From the NCBI GenBank assembly GCA_041577295.1, contig JBFGJG010000014.1, positions 1 to 64,000 of the forward strand: a DNA stretch of 64,000 nt, in the 5' to 3' direction. Origin of the DNA: Gemmatimonadales bacterium (GTDB lineage: Bacteria > Gemmatimonadota > Gemmatimonadetes > Gemmatimonadales > GWC2-71-9). This document shows, one piece after another, positions 57,992-64,000 of the stretch (positions are counted from its first letter, which is position 1; each line of letters begins with the position of its first letter). Below the pieces are notes generated by a model, which was given only the letters and a program-made list of their open reading frames with translations, made no database searches and was not told the DNA's origin. Position numbers and translations under genes: made by a program.

Positions 57992-58673
57992 GGATCGCAA
58001 GATAGCGTGGATTCTGGGCGTCGCGCTCCTCGGGTGTGGCTCGTCCGACGAGCAACAGGAGGTGGTACGCGCTCGGGCCAATGGAGTTTCACCAGCAGGG
58101 GATGCCCAGCCGGTGGTGGCGTTTCTCGGAACCAGTCTCACGGCGGGTCAAGGAGTTGCTGCAGACGAGGCGTTCCCAGCGTTGATCCAACATAAGATTG
58201 ATTCGGCGGGCTTGCGGTATCGCGTCGTCAACGCGGGGGTTAGCGGTGAAACCTCCGCAGGCGGATTACGACGAATTGACTGGTTGTTGGAGGAGCCCGT
58301 TGCCGTGCTCGTGATCGAGCTTGGGGCGAACGACGGACTCCGTGGACTTTCACTCGAGGCGCTGCGCGACAACCTGCAGCAGATCGTCGATCGAACCGTT
58401 GGCCGCCGCCCCAACGCACGGATCCTCATCGCCGCCATGGAAGCACCACCCAACATGGGAAGGGGTTTTACCACAGCCTTTCGCCAAGTCTTCATTGACG
58501 TGGCTCAGGAGAACGACGCAGCGCTCGTTCCGTTCTTGCTAGCGGGCGTGGCAGGGGTTCCCGAGCTGAATCAGCCCGACGGAATTCACCCGACGGCCGA
58601 GGGTCAACGAATGATGGCGGAGCGCGTGTGGGAGGTGCTGGAACCCGAGCTGCGGACGCTCAGCTCCCCATGA
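57990..58673 (+). CDS. tesA: TesA-like SGNH arylesterase/thioesterase, lipoprotein
   Basis: Lipobox LLGC; GTSLT, NAGVSGETS, ELGANDG, DGIHP; divergent from ybbA, as in E. coli. Confidence 0.88.
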   Translation: MDRKIAWILGVALLGCGSSDEQQEVVRARANGVSPAGDAQPVVAFLGTSLTAGQGVAADEAFPALIQHKIDSAGLRYRVVNAGVSGETSAGGLRRIDWLLEEPVAVLVIELGANDGLRGLSLEALRDNLQQIVDRTVGRRPNARILIAAMEAPPNMGRGFTTAFRQVFIDVAQENDAALVPFLLAGVAGVPELNQPDGIHPTAEGQRMMAERVWEVLEPELRTLSSP

Positions 58674-60930
58674 CCTTGTGCACGATGGCTTGGAACCTTG
58701 GATCGTCACGCAGGCTATCCCACACCGGGTCGATGTTCAAGAAGCTCATCCAGGGAGCGTGATCTTCGAGGCCACGTTCGAGCCAGGTCAATGCTGCATC
58801 CTTTTTTCCCATCCACAGATTCAACAGCGCAATGTCCCGTGGGGACGCGTCGTGCCTCCCCTGAGGATTCTCGAGCTGCTCGAGCGTCGCCTGCGCCTCA
58901 TCGATCTTGCCCGCCGCCGCCTGCGCGCACCCCAGTCCTGCGAGGAGGGCGGAGATCTGCCCACCGTACTCGAGTGCACGTTCGATGTAGTCGAGTGCCG
59001 TCTCACTCTCGCCGCTCAACAGGTGAATCCACCCTCGCAGACTCAGGGCAGGCGGGAAGGTTGGGTCGAGCTCGAGTGTCTTGTTGAGCTGTTCGGCAGC
59101 CCGGTCGAATCGGCGCGCCCAGTAGTACTGCATCGCGACGTGTGAGTTCACGATGAGTGACACGGGGTCGAGCTCGAGGGCGCGCTTGGCGTTCTTGATA
59201 GCCTCCTCATGCCGCCCCCGTGCCGCGAGATAGAAGCCGAACTCAATGAACGGCTTCTCGCATTCGGCGCATCCGGCGTTCGCGTTCGCAAACGCGGTAT
59301 CCGCCGCCTCCCAGTCCCAGTCGCACCATGTATGGAACGCGCCGAGGATTCCGTGTGCGTCGATCTGCGTCTCATCCAACTGGAGAGCGCGCTCTGCCGC
59401 CTCCTTCGCGTTGGCGAACGCCTCGCGGGACGGGATGGGTCCGCTCGCGATCCCGAGCATGAGATAGGTGCGCGCGAGCCCGGTGTAGGCCAGGGCAAAC
59501 TCCGGGTCACGCTTGATCGCCTGCTCGAACGACTTGATCGCGCGCAACGACGAGTCGGCCGTAAACCTGTTGAAGTAGTGGATTCCCCGGAGATAGTGGT
59601 TATAGGCCTCGAGGTCGTCGGTCGGTTTCTTTTCGATCCGCGCCTGCTCCAGTGGTGAAAGTGTGGCCCGGAGCGCCTTGGCGATCTGCTCCGCCACGTC
59701 GGTCTGGATCGCGAAGATGTCAGTGAGATCTCGATCGTACGTCTCCGCCCAGAGATGCGCGTCGCTGCGCGCGTCGACGAGCTGGGCCGTGATCCGCACC
59801 CGGTTTGCCGAGCGGCGCACGCTGCCCTCGAGCACCGTGGCGACGCCGAGCTCCATCCCAATCTCTCCGAGACTGCTCCGCGTCTCTTTGTAGCGCATCA
59901 CTGAGGTGCGAGACGTGACCTTGAGGTCGCTGATCTTCGACAGCTGCGTGATGATCTCGTCCGTGATGCCGTCGGTGAAGTATTCGTTGTCCTTGTCTCC
60001 ACTGAGGCTGGCAAACGGCAGTACGGCTATCGACTTTGCCGGGATCTCGCGTGGTGAGGGGGGCGTGAACACCGGGCCACCATGGGGTGCCGACGGATCG
60101 AGCGACGTGAGCGCGCGGGCAAAGTCCCCCGTCGTCTCGAACCGCCCCACGGGATCCCAGCAGAGTGCCTTGATCAATGCAAGCTCAATGGACTCGGGCA
60201 CCGTGTCGGTCGTAGTCTTAGTAGTGCGCGTCGTGCGCTGCCGCTTGAGCGCGGTCCGCGTATCGCGTGTGCCCGGCGGCGGTGGCTCACCGTAAAGCAT
60301 CTCGTACAACACGCAACCGAGACTGTAGATGTCCGTGCGGCCGTCGATCTCGCTGCTTCCGGTCGCCTGTTCCGGGCTCATGTACCCCGGCGTCCCGATT
60401 GGGAGACCGGCGACCGTGATGTTGCGGTCGGAAGCAACGCTCACCGCTCGGGCGATCCCGAAGTCGGCCACGAGGGCGTGTCCACCGGAGAGCAAGATGT
60501 TCTCCGGTTTGATATCGCGATGGACGATGGAATGCCCGTGTGCGTACTCGAGGGCGTCTGCAACGTCGTGCGCAACATGGAGCGCGTCAGCCACCGGCAT
60601 AGGGCCCTCGCGCAGCAGTCGCTGCCTGAGTGACTGGCCCGCGATGTATGGCATGACGTAATACAGGAGATCGCTCACCTCGCCAGCCGCGAACACGGGG
60701 ACGATGTGGGGATGCGTGAGCTTCGAGACGATCTCCACCTCACGCAGGAAACGGTCCCGACCCAAGCGATCGGTGTACTCGGGATCGAGCACCTTCACCG
60801 CCACCTTGCGTTTGGGGTGTCGCTCCTCCGCCAGAAAGACCGTGGCCATCCCGCCACGACCGATCGGTCGCTCGATCAGGTAATGGTCGGCCAGAGCCTC
60901 CCTAATGGTCTGCGAAAGCGTATCCACCAA
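58660..60930 (-). CDS. Hanks-type Ser/Thr kinase with TolB-like/adenylate-cyclase-associated domain and TPRs
   Basis: GRGGMA.V, VAVK, HRDIKPEN, DFG, GTPGYMSPE; SIAVLPF...GSVRR...LWAETYD; C-terminal TPRs. Confidence 0.92.
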   Translation of the reverse strand: MVDTLSQTIREALADHYLIERPIGRGGMATVFLAEERHPKRKVAVKVLDPEYTDRLGRDRFLREVEIVSKLTHPHIVPVFAAGEVSDLLYYVMPYIAGQSLRQRLLREGPMPVADALHVAHDVADALEYAHGHSIVHRDIKPENILLSGGHALVADFGIARAVSVASDRNITVAGLPIGTPGYMSPEQATGSSEIDGRTDIYSLGCVLYEMLYGEPPPPGTRDTRTALKRQRTTRTTKTTTDTVPESIELALIKALCWDPVGRFETTGDFARALTSLDPSAPHGGPVFTPPSPREIPAKSIAVLPFASLSGDKDNEYFTDGITDEIITQLSKISDLKVTSRTSVMRYKETRSSLGEIGMELGVATVLEGSVRRSANRVRITAQLVDARSDAHLWAETYDRDLTDIFAIQTDVAEQIAKALRATLSPLEQARIEKKPTDDLEAYNHYLRGIHYFNRFTADSSLRAIKSFEQAIKRDPEFALAYTGLARTYLMLGIASGPIPSREAFANAKEAAERALQLDETQIDAHGILGAFHTWCDWDWEAADTAFANANAGCAECEKPFIEFGFYLAARGRHEEAIKNAKRALELDPVSLIVNSHVAMQYYWARRFDRAAEQLNKTLELDPTFPPALSLRGWIHLLSGESETALDYIERALEYGGQISALLAGLGCAQAAAGKIDEAQATLEQLENPQGRHDASPRDIALLNLWMGKKDAALTWLERGLEDHAPWMSFLNIDPVWDSLRDDPRFQAIVHKVMGS

Positions 60931-61065
60931 CGATGGTACCCCGTTTGAACCGAACCTTCATAATAACCCCTCGGGGAAGCTTCGGGATCCGGGCGGGAAG
61001 AATTGGACGGGTCACGCGGGCGCCGCGAAGCCCGTGGTGAGCTTCGCGGCGAGCACGGTGGGCGC

Positions 61066-61998
61066 TCAGGATGCGGCGGGGAGTTGGGCTTGCGTAGCCT
61101 CCCAGCCCAGGATGGCCTTCTTGCGTGACGCGCCCCAACGATAGTTGCCGAGCACCCCGGACTTTCGGATGGCTCGATGACAAGGGATGAGGTAGGCAAT
61201 GGGGTTCTGACCGACCGCGCGCCCCACGGCGCGCTCGGCACCGCGCCGGCCTATGGCTCCCGCGATGCTCTGATACGACACGAGGCATCCCGGAGGCACC
61301 CGCAGCAGCGCCCGCCACACCTGGACCTGGAAGTTGGTCCCAGTCACGGCCAGTTTGATCGGTTCGGTCGCCTCTGAGTGTGGCTCGAAGATTTGTGATG
61401 CCACCGCACCGGTGGCATCGGGGTCATGCTCCAGTGTCGCAGCGGGCCACTCCGCCTCAATCACCGCGAGTGGGCGAACATCATCCGCTTCATCAACGAA
61501 CTCGATGCGGCACAGACCCCGATCGGTCGCCGCCATGAAGCACCAGCCGAACGGGGATGCGTGAATACCATACGAGATCGTGAGGTGCTCCCCCCCCGTG
61601 CCATACTCGCCCGGCGTCATGCCCTCGAGTGACACGAAGTGGTCATGCAACCTGCTCGGTCCGGATAGCCCCGCATCGATTGCGGCATGCAGAACGGAGT
61701 GGCCTTGGAGCAGTGCCGTCTTGGCGTGCTCGACGGTGAGGCACTGCAGAAAACGCTTCGGGCTCACCCCGGCCCAACGGCGGAACAGCCGCTGAAAATG
61801 GTACTCACTGAGGCCGATCGCTCCGGCCACGTCGCTCAATTGCGGTTGGCTGCGGTAGCGCTCGTCGAGATACTCGATAGCCCGTTGGATGCGTGTGTAA
61901 TCGCGCAGCTGGTCGAGCACCACCCGCGTCTCGGTCAACCCGACTGCGTGCGCAGAGTGCTCGTTCGTCGGTGTGTTGCGTTGGGCGAAAACTGACAC
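61066..61998 (-). CDS. AraC-HTH / methylated-DNA-protein-cysteine methyltransferase (Ada-like, no Zn domain)
   Basis: S.YHFQR.F..WAG.SPK, SRLHD.F, GT.FQ..VW..L, IPCHR. Confidence 0.9.
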   Translation of the reverse strand: MSVFAQRNTPTNEHSAHAVGLTETRVVLDQLRDYTRIQRAIEYLDERYRSQPQLSDVAGAIGLSEYHFQRLFRRWAGVSPKRFLQCLTVEHAKTALLQGHSVLHAAIDAGLSGPSRLHDHFVSLEGMTPGEYGTGGEHLTISYGIHASPFGWCFMAATDRGLCRIEFVDEADDVRPLAVIEAEWPAATLEHDPDATGAVASQIFEPHSEATEPIKLAVTGTNFQVQVWRALLRVPPGCLVSYQSIAGAIGRRGAERAVGRAVGQNPIAYLIPCHRAIRKSGVLGNYRWGASRKKAILGWEATQAQLPAAS

Positions 61999-62116
61999 CT
62001 TCTAACCTCAGGGTTGCGGCCGCCCTCAAGGTGCTAGAGGAGGAAAGGGCAGGCAACCCGAAACTTGCTACCGATCCCGCCCCACCCTTCCCGCCGCTGG
62101 GTTGGAGGATTTGATC

Positions 62117-63067
62117 CTACCACCCTATCCCCTCTAGTCCAAGAAGCGATAGCGGGTCCAGCGAAACCGACCCGTAGCGTGCGGTCCAGTGGAGGTGGGG
62201 ACCCGTAACGCGTCCGGTGGCTCCGGCTCGGCCGATGACCTGGCCAGTCTCGACAGTGTCGCCTTCACTGACGCCGATGGCGCTCAGGTGCATATAGACG
62301 GTGACTAACCCCGCGCCGTGGTCGAGATAGACTACTCGGCCGGCGTAATAGAAATCCCTGGCCAGTGCCACCACTCCCCGGTTGGTCGCATGCACCGGTG
62401 CGCCCGCCGCGGCGTCGAGGTCCACACCCATATGCCGGCTGCGAAGCTCACCATTGAACTGTCGACCCATGCCAAACGGACTGGTAATGGGGTCAGGGAC
62501 CGGCCGGCGGAACGCTCCCCGCCAGAGGCGCGGGTTGGTGTGCGTCCCGCGCGAGACCTGCCGCGCCAGTGCGAACTCGCTTGCGATGCGCGCCGCCAGC
62601 GCGGAGTCAGGAGCCCGGGTGAAGCGAGGGTCCACTGAAAGGCTCTCGGTTGGGAATGTCACTCGCTCGACCGGCAGACGTCGGAAGACGTGCTCGGATC
62701 CGCCGCCACTGCGGACCACGGTCAGGGTGAGCGGCAGCGAATCCCGGCTATCGATCGGCACGCCACTCAACGCCCAGAGGCGGCGATCGGGCGCGCGTTC
62801 GAAGTGGAGAGGTTGTCCCGCAAGCATGCCGTGCACTGAGTCAATCGGTCCGCGGCTCCCCGGCGCTTGGTCTTCATGGACCACGATGATCACCGCCGAG
62901 CCCTGGGGCGGCCGTACGGGTGCCCAGGACACGACCGCGGCCGCAGTCCCAGTGGCACTGATCACGCTGATGCCACTGACGGCGCCGAATCCGCAAAAGG
63001 CGCTGATACCGCAGATGGCGCCGATACCTCGAACCAAGCTGATAACGCTCATCTTCTGCGGTCTCAT
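62117..63067 (-). CDS. M23 family metallopeptidase
   Basis: HMGVD, Y.HLS, GRVTGPHLHW. Confidence 0.88.
   Translation of the reverse strand: MRPQKMSVISLVRGIGAICGISAFCGFGAVSGISVISATGTAAAVVSWAPVRPPQGSAVIIVVHEDQAPGSRGPIDSVHGMLAGQPLHFERAPDRRLWALSGVPIDSRDSLPLTLTVVRSGGGSEHVFRRLPVERVTFPTESLSVDPRFTRAPDSALAARIASEFALARQVSRGTHTNPRLWRGAFRRPVPDPITSPFGMGRQFNGELRSRHMGVDLDAAAGAPVHATNRGVVALARDFYYAGRVVYLDHGAGLVTVYMHLSAIGVSEGDTVETGQVIGRAGATGRVTGPHLHWTARYGSVSLDPLSLLGLEGIGW
62950..63052 (-). repeat. Degenerate 9/18-nt tandem repeat in the M23 5' end
   Basis: GGTATCGGCGCC ATCTGC GGTATCAGCGCC TTTTGC GGATTCGGCGCC GTCAGT GGCATCAGC. Confidence 0.6.
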
Positions 63068-63189
63068 GGGCCGTTGTTACCTCTCACTTTAAGATTGTGC
63101 CTGCCATACGTGGTACGCAGCGCGACCGGGAAGGTTGCGCGGCAAATGTAGAGCGCTGTTGAGGAAAAGTGGAGGTGTGCCTGAAGGGG

Positions 63190-63912
63190 CTAGCTCGCGA
63201 CCTTCCTCGTGCGTGGCTCGCCGACACCGCCGAATCGGCGCTCACGACGATGGAACTCGGACAACGCGACTGCAAGATCGGCTTTGCGGAAATCCGGCCA
63301 GAGTACGGGGGTAAAGTAGAGCTCTGCGTAGGCGGCTTCCCACAACAGGAAGTCCGATAACCGCTGTTCGCCGGCTGTGCGGACAATCAGGTCCGGATCC
63401 GGCGCCCCGCCGCTCACGTGTCGACGGACGACGTCCGGGTTGATGGCTGAAGACTCGAGCTGCCCGTCAGCGACGAAGCGCGCGATCTGTTGGGTGGCGT
63501 TCGCTATGGCCCAACGGGACCCGTAATCGATTGCCAGGCGGAGGTGCAGCTTGGCGCCGCGTGTGGTTGCCGCCGCGACCTCGTCCAAGGCGGCCAGCGC
63601 GGCTTTGGGAATGCGATCGCGCCGACCCATGTGCGATACGTGAACGCCGTTCGCCAACAGCTCCGCGCACTCGCGCCGGCAGTACTCCCGTAGCAGCCAA
63701 AAGAGACGGCCAACCTCCGTCGGTGGGCGTTTCCAATTGTCGATCGAGAACGCATAGAGCGTGAGCGTCGTGATTCCCAGGTCGGGAGCGCCACGCACGA
63801 TGTCGCGCACGCTATCGACGCCCGCCAAGTGTCCCCGCCATCGCGGGAGTCCCTGAGCGCGTGCCCAGCGCCCGTTGCCGTCCATGATGATCCCTACGTG
63901 CAATCCACTCAT
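63190..63912 (-). CDS. uppS: Undecaprenyl/polyprenyl diphosphate synthase
   Basis: HVGIIMDGNGRWA, YAFS.DNWKRP, DLIVRTAGEQRLSDFLLW, RERRFG. Confidence 0.93.
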   Translation of the reverse strand: MSGLHVGIIMDGNGRWARAQGLPRWRGHLAGVDSVRDIVRGAPDLGITTLTLYAFSIDNWKRPPTEVGRLFWLLREYCRRECAELLANGVHVSHMGRRDRIPKAALAALDEVAAATTRGAKLHLRLAIDYGSRWAIANATQQIARFVADGQLESSAINPDVVRRHVSGGAPDPDLIVRTAGEQRLSDFLLWEAAYAELYFTPVLWPDFRKADLAVALSEFHRRERRFGGVGEPRTRKVAS

Positions 63913-64000
63913 GCCCGCTCCAACGCATCCCGCGCGACGCTCAAAATGGCTTCCATCTGGTCCAGGTAGTTCTCCAGCGCTCGCCGTCCCTTGGTCGTCA
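63909..64000 (-). CDS. Winged-helix transcriptional regulator, C-terminal fragment
   Basis: Not in ORF track: TTKGRRALENYLDQMEAILSVARDALERA*, a T..GR..L..Y wHTH tail; ATGA overlap with uppS. Confidence 0.6.
   Translation of the reverse strand, partial: TTKGRRALENYLDQMEAILSVARDALERA

Noticed and set aside
58660..60930. Ser/Thr kinase-TolB-TPR protein as a novelty
   Set aside because: A familiar architecture with canonical motifs; nothing unusual seen.

Overview
High-GC bacterial chromosomal segment, densely coding. I saw no integrase, transposase, CRISPR array, rRNA or tRNA. Gene content suggests a Gemmatimonadota-like organism (inference only). Left arm (mostly - strand): lipB (partial), pyruvate dehydrogenase lpdA-pdhC-pdhB-pdhA, lipA, a ThiO-like glycine oxidase, a hybrid histidine kinase, a small zinc-ribbon/PspA-like/RemA-like operon, a Na+/solute symporter, an Opp/Dpp ABC system, a LipM-type ligase, gcvP/gcvH, a CoaE fusion, tdk and a degenerate DEAD-box protein. 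A ~14.7 kb tightly packed + strand run (28459-43183) opens with a gene the ORF track splits in two. It reads as a D-proline reductase PrdB-like selenoprotein, with an in-frame UGA in a UxxC motif followed by a bacterial SECIS-like hairpin. The run continues through DmpA, an aminotransferase, an amidohydrolase and an O-methyltransferase into an archaeal-style nurA-herA-mre11(sbcD)-rad50(sbcC) set interrupted by two paralogous exported proteins. A 6S-RNA-like rod-shaped ncRNA with its own sigma70 promoter precedes folE. The right arm holds an acyl-CoA synthetase, V4R/GAF sensors, thymidine phosphorylase, an orphan GroES, a cyclase, ybbP-ybbA/tesA, a Ser/Thr kinase, an Ada-like protein, an M23 peptidase and uppS. 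All family calls come from motif recognition by eye; no searches were run.
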